Source: Phallusia mammillata
Lineage: Eukaryota
Length of the DNA stretch: 64,000 bases
Direction of reading: 5' to 3'
Assembly (NCBI GenBank): GCA_965637545.1
Contig: OZ281500.1
Span: forward strand, 5,332,001 to 5,396,000
Under the pieces are notes generated by a model, which was not told the origin of the DNA, did not search any database, and worked only from the letters and a program-made list of their open reading frames with translations. Shown piece by piece: positions 11,011 to 24,294 of this stretch. Each line of letters opens with the position of its first letter. Position 1 is the stretch's first letter. A program made the translations under genes and the position numbers.

Positions 11011-12889
11011 GGCATATAACATTCAGGATCTTACCACTCTAATGTTGATGACATTAAAGTGTCTGCAGTGTCATGAGTATTTGCTTAATAATAGTAAGGA
11101 TTTTACCAGAATTAAGTAACGATCGCATTCGAGTCGTGATCCCTAACAATCTTAAAATCGATTACGTATCTCTCTGATTAATATACTAGCATCAACTAAT
11201 TGGTAATAAATCTATTTCAACATCAATAAAGAATAAAGTACTGAGGCAGCGACCACAACAATACATTTTTGATTTACAAAAGCACAGAAGTAGATTTACT
11301 GGTTCAAAACTAACCTCAAACATACATCATTAATATGTGCCGCTAAGGCTTTGAATTTCCAAACAAGAAAGGTTTACAACATGTTTACAAATCAATGAAC
11401 TTGCATAACGATGTTTCCAAGCCCCACTAAAATGGTCAGAAAAGACAGAATGGGTACCGTAAGCCGAACAATAAGTTTTTTTTGTTTGCGGTGGTGTCCA
11501 ACCATAAACAGTATCGACTTCATTGCAAAGAAGTAGACACACTACAAAAAATTGAAAAAGGCAAGCAACAGGTGGGTTCTTGATTTTGCATTGTGTCACC
11601 AGTAGTTTAGGATTAGACCGCAAGTCAACGGTGATTCTAACAATTCATGCCTGTACAGCAATTCGTTTTAGATAACTTAGTAAAGTGAGTTAATGTCTTG
11701 TATATTTAAAAAGCATAGATAATTTGAAAGAAAAGTCCTACATTTTGGCAGTGGCTTATGGAAAATAGAAACACAAACATAAATATGACTTACGTTTTCT
11801 TTGTCCCGACTTACGTTTTCTTTGTCAAAATATAACGCAAAAAACGCCAGTCCGTACACCCTAGCCAAGCTTAACTCGATGAAGATTGGAATTGAACCTG
11901 TGTGTTAGCGCGAAGAAACTTTTAAATGTATGTTAGTATTTGGAAGCTATCCTGCATAGTGGTATTGTAAATAAAAAATGCTAAGGAGCTCATATGGATA
12001 AGAAACATGCCGTTAATACGGCGTCCAAAAACATACAATAATTTTCTGCGGCATTATACAACCACAAACGTAAAACAAAACGCAAGCAATGAAAAAATAC
12101 AAGGCAACCGTTAAGTTGTTGATTTTGTATCATTTGCTGCCAGTAGAATAAAATCTCGACGATACAGCCACGTCAATGAAAGTATCTTAATCAACACACA
12201 ACCCTATAAGAGGGTTTATAGCCTAAAAGAAAAATATCGTACTGCAGTTTGCAAATGTTTTTTGTGTGTTTCTCAGACAAAAAACAGCTAAAGGAGTGAT
12301 TAACGCATGGTGAAAAGGTCTGAAATATAACCAAAACACAACAACAGTAATTCAATTGAATTTAACATACTGGACAAAAAGGAGGGCATTTGTTGTCAAA
12401 TTCAATACAACTTGCCTTCAATACAAATGCATTTAACCGAAAAGTGAGTTTAATTCATAGAATTTAGATGTTGTTTGTAGCGCTTAAAATAACTGTAAGT
12501 TTACCTACAGAACATACACCTCGTTGCAAGTTAAGTTCTGGTACAAAATGGAGCAGGTACCCACCCACAAACCAACACACAGCTTAATTATGAAACACCA
12601 CCAATCAATTGTTAATCTACAGGGCAATAAACATAACAAAATAATATCTACAAAGATATGTACTATAAACGTTCCGAAACAACAAACATATCGAAAAAAT
12701 AACCATTTCCTCCAATCCCCTGTAACACCAGCTTTTGATCTTTGATATTCATGGGCCCTAGTGTGGCGCACTGGCTGCACCCCACTCTGATGGGGTTTGA
12801 TCTAACGCAGTAAAATAAACCGATATGCAACCTTGCAAACATGCAAAGCTGCTAATTCTTGAAGAACAAAATATTAAAATAACGTAGAG

Positions 12890-13553
12890 CAGCGGTTCTC
12901 AAACTGGGGTCCGCGGTCCTTTAGGGCAGGGGTCGGCAACCTTTTTTGCACTGCGGACCGGTTTTTAAACTAAAATTTTATTGCGGACCGGTCTTCAAAA
13001 AACTACAAATATATAGCTAGAAAAAGGCTTAGATTAGTTTATCATGCCCAGGATATATGGGCAAAATGTTTGAAAGCATTTAACCTGAAAAATTATACGG
13101 CCCGGTAACAAACTCCTCGCGGACCGGTACCGGGCCGCGGACCGGCGGTTGCCGACCACTGCTTTAGGGGTCCGTGAGGCAATTTTGGTGGACCGCGTAA
13201 AGGTTGAAGTACTTTTATAATCTTATTTTGCGCCAGTTTGTGCCACTGAATAAGTTTAAATCACGGTAGAATTGAGAATCGACTGTCCCCAATTGCTAAA
13301 CAATAGCTCTTATTGCATGAAAACTGACAAAAATGCAATTGTTGGCACACAATCGTAATGTTTTGTTTGTCTTGTTTGTGATGTTACATGCTTTCTTTGG
13401 ATTATTGTTAAGCGCAATTTTGCATAACTAGCTAAAATCCTGCAATCAACTTTCGTTTTTCTGAAATACACATTCAGGCTTAAGGACCGCGAGCCCCCGA
13501 AACAATGGCAAAGGGTCCGTTTTGAAAAAATAATGACAGTTTGAGATCCACTG
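12890..13553. mobile_element. hAT (Buster/Charlie-type) MITE, outer element
   Basis: TIRs CAGCGGTTCTCAAAC / GTTTGAGATCCACTG; perfect 8-bp TSD ACGTAGAG. The paralogous site near 32790 is empty. Confidence 0.92.
12927..13161. mobile_element. hAT MITE nested in the previous MITE
   Basis: TIRs CAGGGGTCGGCAACC / GGTTGCCGACCACTG; perfect TSD CTTTAGGG. Confidence 0.93.
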
Positions 13554-15961
13554 ACGTAGAGGGTAAGACGAAAAGTTTTTGGCAAGAGTATTTTACAATA
13601 AACACAATAGACACCACAGTTAAATAATTTGGAGAACAAAAGCAGGAGAAAGAACTTGAGACTAAATTTGCATCGTTTGTAACCAGAAGAATACGATGTC
13701 AGAGATACACCCACAAGCCCACGTTAGCTTAACATACATTCAAACCAAAAGCTCTAAGTAAAATCAACACAAAACAATCTCGGCCAGAACTCATGGTAGA
13801 TCACAAATTACTTGAATTGAGGATTTGGTTTGCTGGTTGTTCATTAAAAACAGTAGAGTATGTAAAGGGAACACGCAAAAAGTAATGCAGGGAATTGTTT
13901 CACTGGTCACATCACACAGTCATGTATGTTTTTGATAACAATTTAATTTAAAATAAATCGAAACCGAAACTGACTCACAGACACCCCGTTGCGCTGACTA
14001 ACCTAACACACCAAAGCGTAGGCATGCCTTTGTTGTCAGATTAAATATAAGTCTGTCCTAAACCGGATAATGGGTGGATTTTTTAAAAACAAATTTTGTC
14101 TGTTGGGATTGTAACAACTGTAGGATGACAGTGAATCACAAACACCTCGTTGCATGTAACATCCTGGCATTAAGTTACGACTGATGCATAAATATACCAC
14201 CACTGATTGCATGATACAACACAAGTATCACTTCAAAGGTTGCAAAAATAACTGTCCACCTTTAAAGAAAATTTAAACCGCAGTTCCGAGTTAGTATTCA
14301 ATATTTCACAATACCCAGGCATAAACCAAATTTACAATACTATACTAAAGCTAGTAGTGCACCAAAAGTGTTTGTTGGTCTGAACAGTTTGACCAAATAT
14401 GTAATTTTGAGATGAATCTTTTCAAGCAACGCTTTGGTCAGTAACACAAGTACGCCAGTTGGCAAACCAGCAGTTAACTGTTTGATAAAATGTTACGTTG
14501 GGGGCGAAAATCAGTCCAATTGTACCTAATCATAATACAAGGAAGTTGTTGCCTTGATTATATTGCAACAATTTAGAGTTAGACCATGAACAGAAGAAGG
14601 CAACCAGTAGGTGCGTCTTTAAACTTGTCCGTTTGCAACAAGTAAAATAGGATGCTGGTGATACACCCACAACCTTGTTAGAACAATAAGTTTAGAAGCG
14701 TGTTAGTTATTAGTATTGTTTGCCAACACTGTGCCAAACCCCAAACCTCAACATTCCCGAAAAAAGACACACTTATTAACGTCGTCAAAAAGCGATTGGG
14801 AAAGTGCATTAAAATAGAAGTTCTAACAATCAAGGCATGTTTATGTATATATCTCATCTGTCCTAAGCAGATAATAGGTGAATAGTTTTAATGCAACATA
14901 AACCACAACCGAAAGTAAATAAAATACACAAGCCCTTTGCATTTTACATCCTGAAAAAGCGTAGGAGAGCATGAATCAACACCACGCTTTTAACAGGATA
15001 CTGGAAGCTATAGCGGGTGAGCGTATGTTGTCAGATTCAATATAAAGCTGTTCTCGAACGAATGATGGGCGGAATTTTAAATACAGATGTTGTTTGTTGG
15101 GCGTAAAACAACTGTAGGTTTAATGTGAATCATAGATACCTTGTTTCAAACAACTTCCTGGCACTTATGTGTTTAAAGATTGACACATTGTGCACTATAT
15201 TGTAAGATATAGTGAAGGGGAAAAGGTTGCATCTTCAAAACACTCCACCATTAAATGTTACACGGATTATCAAAACACACAACCGTGAAGCAGTATTTTA
15301 TAACGTAAAGGTTAAGTATGGTGACAGTCTTTTTTGAAAAAATGTGCGTTGCACACTATAGTAGCATCATGTGATACTCACAAATATGCCGCGAAAAATT
15401 TGTTTTTGCAGACTGCAACTACCATCGCATGCTGTAGAACTTCATAGCTAAATGATGGTGCCGTGACAACGCTAAGAGGGAAACACTAAAGTCACAAACA
15501 GCAGCTTTCCTATAAGTTAATACAAATGACAGCGTATGATATTACAATGTCAAGCGTGGTGATGTTTCCCTACCTGAGTAAAAATTTGGCGAAATTTGGT
15601 TTTAAAACAGATTGGAAATCGTGGTTATTTTAAGCAAATGAAAACGATTGTAAATGGTCTAAAAAGGAATATCCAGTTATACAAGAAGGCATTTATTGCA
15701 TCAGCAGCTAACTGGTCATGAAAACAAAACCATTAATGTTTGTTCGGTGGGCGATTGCTTCAGGTTAGGACAGATACAACGAGAAAAGGAAACAGAAGCA
15801 GCACATGTAGGCGGTAAAAAAGATAAGGCCTATAACCATAAAAGAAAAAAATAGCAGAATCTGGCAGTTTAAAAGAACAACATGTGTGAAAGAACAGTTA
15901 GACTTTAAATCGATATCGACGACAGAAGCATTTGCCTAGAAACTTGAACAAAAAGAAAAGA

Positions 15962-16951
15962 ATGGCATTGGTAACAGGATTTTTGTCGGGCATTTTAGGA
16001 TCAATTGAACTGGAAACGGAGAAAGCTGTCAAAAAGCCAAAGGCATACAACGTTGGAAAAATTATTTTGGTTGCAATGTTCTTTGTAAGCAGTGCGATGT
16101 TTGCAGTGTACGAGCCTCATTTCGTTACTTGTTACCCTGTTGATAAACTAGAAACCGAGCAGACCATGGAACAAAAAAATGACGTCGGTTTTCAGTGCTG
16201 CTCACAGAAGCCTTGGATTCAGCTCATGAAATATTCTCCGCTGACTTTTCTTGCAGTCACTTGTTTCTATTTTCTGGCTAGCCAAGTGATGGTGGGTTGT
16301 TCCAAAACCAACCTCTCCAAAAAAATACAGTCATTCGTTTACCTTTTCCACCAGTTCCGCCGAAGCAATGGAAAATTTGACTATCACAAAGTGAAAAGAA
16401 ATTACATCCAGCACGATTCACCAGCAGAAATAGTAAAAGACTTTGTTTTTTCCGAAAACGGTCAACTCAGGTACACGGAAGATATTTACCAAGGATACAA
16501 GAAAGACGCCACTCTATGTTTAGTTGCAGCAGGTGTTGGAATCTTTTTCGGACTCCTAAATGTTATTTCAGGAGGAATTAATCACCAGCAGTTTCATTGC
16601 AACTTGGGCAATTTATCTGAAGGGGTTATTGCGTACAAATGTTTTGTTCTAAATGTTGATGTTTTTATTATTTTGTCCGTCATGTTTTGCGTGCTGGCAA
16701 TAATCCAAATTGGTTTAAAGTTGGCACTACTCATCGCAATACGGCACATTAGAGACGTAGATGGAAACCCAATACCACTGGGTATATGCTTGCAAAATAC
16801 CGATTTAAAGTTTTTACTTGTCATAACCAAAACAATTACCGTGAACGAAAGAAGACAGTTCGCGGATTATTTGCAAGATTGTATAAATAATCCGGAGGCA
16901 CATGCACTTCCATTGGTTGGTAATAATAATGGACAGTGTGTACAACAATAA
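15962..16951 (+). CDS. LRRC8/pannexin-like 4-TM large-pore channel protein without LRR domain (L1), 329 aa, intronless
   Basis: Manual alignment to the LRRC8A pore domain, written as L1 / LRRC8A: MALVT/MIPVT; VTCYP/MICLP; CC..K.W..LMKYSP/CYENRLHWFAKYFP; LSKKIQSFV/SSKLEHFV; DIYQGY/DIVYRLY; FHC..AYKC/VDC..TYRC; TDLKFLL/NDFAFML; RQFADYL/KRFAVFL. Four hydrophobic segments. First ATG at 15962. Confidence 0.85.
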   Translation: MALVTGFLSGILGSIELETEKAVKKPKAYNVGKIILVAMFFVSSAMFAVYEPHFVTCYPVDKLETEQTMEQKNDVGFQCCSQKPWIQLMKYSPLTFLAVTCFYFLASQVMVGCSKTNLSKKIQSFVYLFHQFRRSNGKFDYHKVKRNYIQHDSPAEIVKDFVFSENGQLRYTEDIYQGYKKDATLCLVAAGVGIFFGLLNVISGGINHQQFHCNLGNLSEGVIAYKCFVLNVDVFIILSVMFCVLAIIQIGLKLALLIAIRHIRDVDGNPIPLGICLQNTDLKFLLVITKTITVNERRQFADYLQDCINNPEAHALPLVGNNNGQCVQQ

Positions 16952-19437
16952 CATGTAAATCCTGTGGATCTAGGTTTACCCAATCAGTAAACAATGTTGT
17001 TGTGTTATGCTTTGTGCATGTTTATGTAATAACAATGTATCTAAACAAAGTAATGTATAGCAATGCTTTACCGTCGATGATCGTATACAGAAGAAAAAAA
17101 AAAACTAAACAGCTACACCGCTTCAATAACTGATCTGGTGGCATATCTCAAAGTTCCACAACCTTTTTCAATCATGTTTCTCATCAATACAAACCTTTCA
17201 TCAAGCATTACTTCTGATTTTCGTCTTTCGCAAACACCTATTTCACATACGCAACTTAACTTTACGTCGAGCCGAAAACCAAGCACCCAGAAAGGAACGC
17301 ATACAAGTTTGTGACAATATAAAAATTGTTTAATGTAATGGAACACCAAAGTGTATGGAAATTCGTTTGTGTCAGATTTAATAGAGGTTTGATTTTGGCA
17401 GAGAGTTACAAATTTTAAAATAGAATAGAAACAATACAAGAGTCCGTTTGGTGTAAAATAGCGGTACGCTAATCGTGCATATCTCATTTCATGTTAATTT
17501 TGGTACTGAGTGAAGTAAATAATGACGCTTAAATTAACATCACATCACATTAACAATAGAATGTGGCGTGTTTATACCACCGCCGATGACAACATTCGTA
17601 ACAAACAAACACAATGCTTCACAATAACTACGGCAATATGCAGGTCCAGCTTAAAAAAGAACGAGTCTAGCTTCAAAAGGTCGACACATGTACAGTAACT
17701 AATGTCAGTGAATTTATTATATCTTCAACAAAGTTATGGTTGGATGAACTGTTCGGTCAAGTAAAACATTTCCAGTGAGATTTGTAAGCATAAAAACCCA
17801 CGTTTAAGTTATGCTTATACCATTAAAGTCATGTATAGCTCATTTAAATAATATTTCGTAATACCAGATGATTGTTTTTAACTGAAACAAGTTGTAGTAA
17901 TTTGGCCCACGAACAGAAAAAGGTAATGAATTGGTAGGCCTTTGCAACGTGCTCGGCCAGTAGCATAAGAGATACACTAGTTGTATGCGATTCCAAGGAT
18001 ATTAGATGTTCTACACATTCTAAAAAAAATTTCAATGCAAAAAAATGATATTGGTAGCATTTACCCTTATATAATAAAACGTAGGACAGTATAATTCAGC
18101 TTTTAACAGGAAACTGGAAAGTATTGTTTGCTGTCTAATTCAACAAAACCCGAAACATTTTAACTGCATGGTAATGGGCGGCATTTTTAACTACGGCTGT
18201 TCTTATAACAGCACAAGACTGTATGTTGAATATGAGTTATAAGTCAGACGCCTCGTTTCATGCACAATCCTGGCACGGATGATTGTAAAGACAAAAACAC
18301 TATTGTAAATTATATTACAATTGGTTCACAGGAAAATGTTACATATAACACGGCAAACAAACGCATTTCGTCATATAAGCTACAAAGATGCGGACCACGG
18401 CTGATTTTATTTAAGTATCGCAGAGAGAATAATGAGTTGTGAACGCCAGCACTGCTACAACAACCCAAAACAAATTTTAGTGTGAGAGAAAAACGTTTCG
18501 TACATAGGTTCTCATCTTGTTTACTACCATATTTTAAGATAAGATGAATGTTTTTTTAAGATGAATGTTTGTCAGTAAACCAGCAACCCAATTTGTTGGG
18601 CTTTAAGATTAATCAAAAGCCACATATATTGTTAGAAAGTGAGACGTTTTCTCAAAGGAAAATTTGAAAACCATTGACACGGCTGTATTAAATACACTAT
18701 TATTAGTTGCACACGCAAACTATAATGAACACTACATAGCTTTAAGCTAGTATTGTTTGATATAAAAACCAGGTTATTTTCTATATGCTCAACGTGTAAC
18801 CCTACATTTCAGCATTGAAGTAGTGTATTTTTCATGGGATTCAAGCCCACGACCCTCCAAAAACAAATCCTTTTTGTATGTGTTTTTGTCAGCACATACG
18901 TTCCAAATCATTTTCGCAAAGCACGTGGGAACTGATCGTTCCGGCGCCATATGGATTATATTACGTCACGACAGTGTAGTTTAATCATACGAAGAAAGCT
19001 AATTCTGCAAATAGAACAAAACGTAGGCAATTTTCGCCCCATATGCGTCAACATTGACTGCACTTGAGTAGTAATTAAACATACTTCACCTTCTAATAAC
19101 CTTCAACTTCAACTGTTTTAACTTCAGGATCAAAAATGTTTGCTGAATTTCGACAACGCGGTATTTCTCGTCCTGTGTTTTTTACCACAAATGTTGGCAT
19201 AAAGTTAAAAAAAGACAACACTTCCCCTCTTAACCACGCATGACGTATGCAGTGTCGAACGAAACACGTACATACATGTTTGTACAGTTTCGCCAATGAC
19301 ACGAGTATAGTTCGGTCGAAGATACCAGGGAAAGTATATATAAACATCGTGCAGCGCAGGTTGAGAAACTGTCTCGGTTGTCTATGTAGTAACATACAAG
19401 CTAAGCTAAACGCATTTCAACGGAAATCGATACAGTT

Positions 19438-21208
19438 ATGGGTTGTTCGCAAATAGTTGTTAGTTTTTGCGCTGCTCTGCTTGGCATTGGTTATGGACAA
19501 CGATCAGAAATCGTTCCATTTGATCCATATACATCGAACGATTTGTCTATTTGTCAGTGTCCAGATATCAACGACTTACAAAGCGCAGTGGCTGACCTGT
19601 ACGAAAGACTTGACTTGTTGGAAGGTGAGAATATGATTACCCACATATTTAAGACATTGAATAACAAAATTAAAAAAAATAAGCAATAAAAAACAAAGAA
19701 ACCGTTGCAACCCTAACGAAATTCTTAGAACGGCTGAAAAATACGACTTGTGAAGAAGTTTGGAAAAGCGGAGTGACCGAAAGTGGAGTTTACACGATTT
19801 ATCCTTTCCATGACCGCACTAAATCTCTTGATGTTTATTGTGATTTCACTATTGATTTACCAGGATGGATAGTAAGTCTGCTCTATTATTTGCAATTCAA
19901 AAATGTTCCAACCACACCCACAATTGAAATGCTAATATTATTGTAAAGTTATGCTCTGTTACGCCTCATAATTCAACTTACTTAGACATTTCAACGCCGA
20001 ATAGACGGATCTGAGAATTTTTTCCTCTACTGGAATGATTACGTGAACGGATTTGGAGACATGAATACAGAGTTCTGGATAGGTATGACTTTTATCCACA
20101 AGTGAAACACCACAATTTTGTTTGAATTCGGTGTTTGTGCTTAGTTTCTTGTTTTCCGTTTTAAACAAATAAGGTATCAGTGTAAATATCAAAACCGAAA
20201 ACGGGAATTGGCCAGTTTAGGATGATATATCTTTACTGAATTTGCTTTTAAGATGGTCTTTGCGCCACCTTTCGATACTCCCAATTTGAGTGTGAATTCT
20301 TACGTTACTAGAATTTCCAGCTACAACGGTAAGCAAAAACTTTCGTGTTAACAGGAGTCTGTTCGATATACCGCGCCGTGTGTTTCGGTTATTCATAATA
20401 GACTAAAATATGGTGTAGTAAATCAGTAGTTCTCAAACGGTGCGTCGTTTCAATTTTCCAAGGGCGTCGCAGAATAGTTCCGTTTAGTGGCTTTTTATGT
20501 TTTGTATCAATAAACACAACTTTAAAAATAAGTTTCCTCATTAACTTTTATTTGCTGGTGCGACGTAAGATTAGAAAACTTTTCCAGAGGCGTCGCAACA
20601 AAAAAAGTTTGAGAACCACTGGTGTAAACGGTGTAATTTCTTTATTTTGTTCATACAGGATTGAGAACTCTACACCAACTGACATCAGAGCGACCGTACG
20701 AACTTAGAGTAGACATGGAAGATTTTGAGGGACAAACCGGATATGCAAAATACAGGTAGCTGCATGATGGACTAGGGTTGTTATCAAAATACTCCCAGAC
20801 GTTTTATATTGCATGGCATGAAATTTATTTTAAGCACATTTAAGGTGGGAGCAGGAGTTGGTTACACTCTCCAGGTCAATGGGTACTCCGGAAACGCAGG
20901 TTTGATATACCCACGTCAGTAAACATATTCGAATTAAAAAAAATTGTTGGCAACTTGCAGGTGATTCCATGGCAACTCATAACGGAATGAAGTTTACCAC
21001 AAGAGACAGAGACCAAGACTACGCACCACACAACTGTGCCTCAAAATTCCAAGGAGCTTGGTGGTATAACTACTGCCACGAAACCAACCCAAACGGATTG
21101 TACTTGGCAGGACCGCACGACTCTTTTGCTGATGGCATAGAGTGGAATACATGGCATGGTTATGATTACTCTCTTAAAAGAATAGAATTTAAAATCAGAA
21201 TTAGGTAA
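19438..21208 (+). CDS. FReD lectin gene C (class 2 N-terminus), 278 aa, intact
   Basis: Exons: 19438-19624, 19729-19871, 19986-20082, 20659-20755, 20835-20899, 20961-21208. All introns GT-AG; 837 nt open. Confidence 0.93.
20424..20621. mobile_element. hAT MITE in intron 3 of gene C
   Basis: TIRs CAGTAGTTCTCAAAC / GTTTGAGAACCACTG; degenerate TSD TAGTAAAT/GTGTAAAC (5/8). Confidence 0.8.
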
Positions 21209-24200
21209 CGTTGGTTTTTGCAGCAAAAGTAGTTTCTAGCAATATCAACATCGGTTAATTCATTTATGATAATCAAACATTAAACAATTTAATTGAGTAC
21301 AATAAAAAATTCCGATTTGGTGTTAATAAAAATAAAATGAAAACGGTATTTGTGGACCTCTTGATAAATTGTAAGAAGATTAGTGTGTCACTAGTTTTTA
21401 AAAAAAGAAAAGCAAAACTTGACACAACAGGATATTTATTTCTGGACATGTAAACTTTTTTACTGCGACCACTTATCAAAACGTAATCGTTAATGTTTCT
21501 CGTGCAGTAATTTGCAGTCCAACTTGCTCATAGTAGAGAGATGAGCAAACTTTTCAGTAAAAGGGCCAAAAACACTAAAATCAAAAGTGGGCAAAAATAT
21601 CTGAAATTTCTAAGGTTTTAACATCAGTAACTAAATGTACATGAAAACAAATCATGTCTTAACTATTTTTCCGCAACCAAATTTTTGCCATCTCATATTT
21701 GTTGCCATCTGAGAAGATTTAAGGTCGAGATTCCGCAGGGTTTCAAGGCATTGTGGTCTTTTTTTATTATGCTTTGCATAACTTTATTTTGTAAAAAACG
21801 TTTCCTGCCAAAAATTGTAAACAGAACAATAAATGCGAATAAACTGAGAAAAACAGTCGGAGTAACTCTGGGGTTGACCTTAAGTGCATAAGACTGCTAT
21901 GTCTAATTGTCTTATTATCTCAGGTGTAATTACGAATACAAAACTCAAGTAGTCCTACTCAGATACGTTTAGTTTGAACTCAAAATTTATGTTTTCCGCA
22001 CGTTAGTGATTGACGTTGCAAAACATACATTCCAACCTCCAGAACAAAACTTTTTATTCTTTTTTTACAAGTTTAAACGAAGAAGTAGGAAATTAAAATG
22101 ATCCCAGAATGCGAAAACATCTTCAACCACGTTGTCATTTTTTTGCAGTATGATTTTGTTATTGGTAATTTATATGCTTGGAAGGTCGTAAGTAAGTTCG
22201 CATGAAGACCAGCATTCGCTACAACACACTTCAACAATGCTGACAGTTACATGTCAATCAAAAAACTACTTCAGAACCCAAAACTTTAAAGTAAACTGCT
22301 TTTGAAAGTCTATTATCAAATCAACTAAAATCGTTGTGACCGAAGATTGAATTAAAACTTACATACATCAATCAAGTTCGGAGCCAGAAAGACAATACTC
22401 AAGACAACTAGTTTTATTCGCATAACTGCTGACAACTAAAATATTGCAACAATACACTGCAATTTAGTCACTTTTTTAGTGCTGTATCAAAATCTATTTT
22501 AAATAGACAGTTTTCATACACACTGACCCGGTGTCCATTTATTAACGTTTAGTTGAGTACATGATAGTAACCTGTAAAATAACGGATTTGGACTTCAGTA
22601 CATTCGTCGACTTTTTTCGAAAAAAGTAATCCTCAAAACATGTTTTTATGTTTGTGTATGAGTCAAGTCCCTGTTTTTGCAAATGATTGTACATTTAATT
22701 GGCTTAAATTCAATACGGTGTGATGTACCGATATCCCAATCAATTAAGAAACCCATTTTCATCGCTTACAATTAAAACTAAGATCAGTGTACCGTGACAT
22801 GTCACCCACGAGCGAAGTAAGTAACACAAGTAACGTACGTCACCTGTAAAAACAGTAGAGCTACTTCCACAGGAACTCACAACAAGCCGGTTTAGGAATT
22901 TCCGGTAAGTGACGCAACGGAGCATAAGCGTTTACGGTGACAATAATAGCTGATTCAGCAGTTATTGTCACAACCCTTTAAATTGCCTCGAACAGTAAAC
23001 GTAAAGAGAACTCTGAATCATTGACCATATATTTTAAATACATACTACAAGAGTTTTACGCTAAGAGAACTCCAAACAGATAAGAAATTCCTATAATGTG
23101 ATAACTGTGCAAAAGAACCGGTTTACAATTTTACGACAGATAATTCAGTTACTATCTAAAGACTATCAAAAGAACCGCTTCGTGGACAACTATTTAATGG
23201 CGCAATATCGTGCGTAAACTACCTATTCTTAATGTGGCAAAAACGATATATTGTAACATTCTTCTGTTGGTAGCATACTAAAGAAGCAGAAAAGTTTTGT
23301 GTAGCAAACAAGAAACAGTTTTCCAAAGGCCTGTGCTTTAAAGTTTTTTTAAGACACTGACACGTGTATTGTTGGATTTGGTGAAACCTTTCAAAATTAC
23401 ATTTATTACAGGCCTATAGAAGGAAAAAATGAGTTCTTTCGCCATCTGTTATAGTGTCTGAACCATATCAATAGGTATATCCATCTTGTTTGTTCGTTTG
23501 ACAGAAACAGACACTAACCAAAGAAAAGTACGAGGTGAATACAGGCTGCGATCAGCCGATAATCATGTTTAAACAAATATCTTGACTCAGCGCACAAACA
23601 AGTTTGTGTTTTTCGTAAAAGCAAAAATTAACTGCATTTCTTTACCACAACTGTAAACTAAAGTTTAACCCTATTTGTAAACACTAACCAATAAACATTT
23701 TTGGTATTTACTCGAAACATTAGAGTTACTCAATTTATTTGTGCTATTCTGTGGTTACCTCTAGGTAATGTGGTGACAAGGTTCCAGTATCCACGAGGTA
23801 ACGCGCTTTGCTCACACAACGTTAATTGTTGCGCAAAATAAAGGCTATTTTTGCTAAACAGCAAAAAGTTTGCCTAGCAGCGTATCATGTCTATAATCAC
23901 AAACATATCAATCACTTTCTTCACGTTTTGCATGCAAGAAGCTGAAATGGAGAGTTTTACACATTTGGGGCTAAAAAAGTCGTCACTGAGCTGACCAGTA
24001 TATGACTTTGAAATACCAAGCAACGCACTTTTTTCAATAGGTTTTCAACAACTGGAGTTTGTATTTATCATTTAGAAAATATGAAATTGGCAAATTCGAT
24101 CTCGTTTAAAAATTATTTTATTTTATAATGCAAACAGCACTTAAATCAAAAGTGTTTGAGAGTTTGCCAGTTTAATCAGAGTTGGAAACGCGACTGCACA

Positions 24201-24294
24201 TAAAATGTTACTATACACAGTTTGCTTTGTCGCACGTTTACAGTGGGACACATGGTAACCACTTGAAGCAGTCACACAGGACCTGACGCCAACC

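Noticed and set aside
11330-13800. Decayed multi-pass membrane protein or GPCR on the minus strand (also 31250-33300; a CFWTPY-like string)
   Set aside because: All frames have many stops, the T-rich strand translates as hydrophobic in any frame, and duplicate copies do not preserve one frame. A tblastx search would be needed to revive it.
16952-19400. Downstream LRR exons completing L1 as a canonical LRRC8
   Set aside because: No LxxLxL-type coding segments seen, and both L1 and L2 end with in-frame stops at similar positions.
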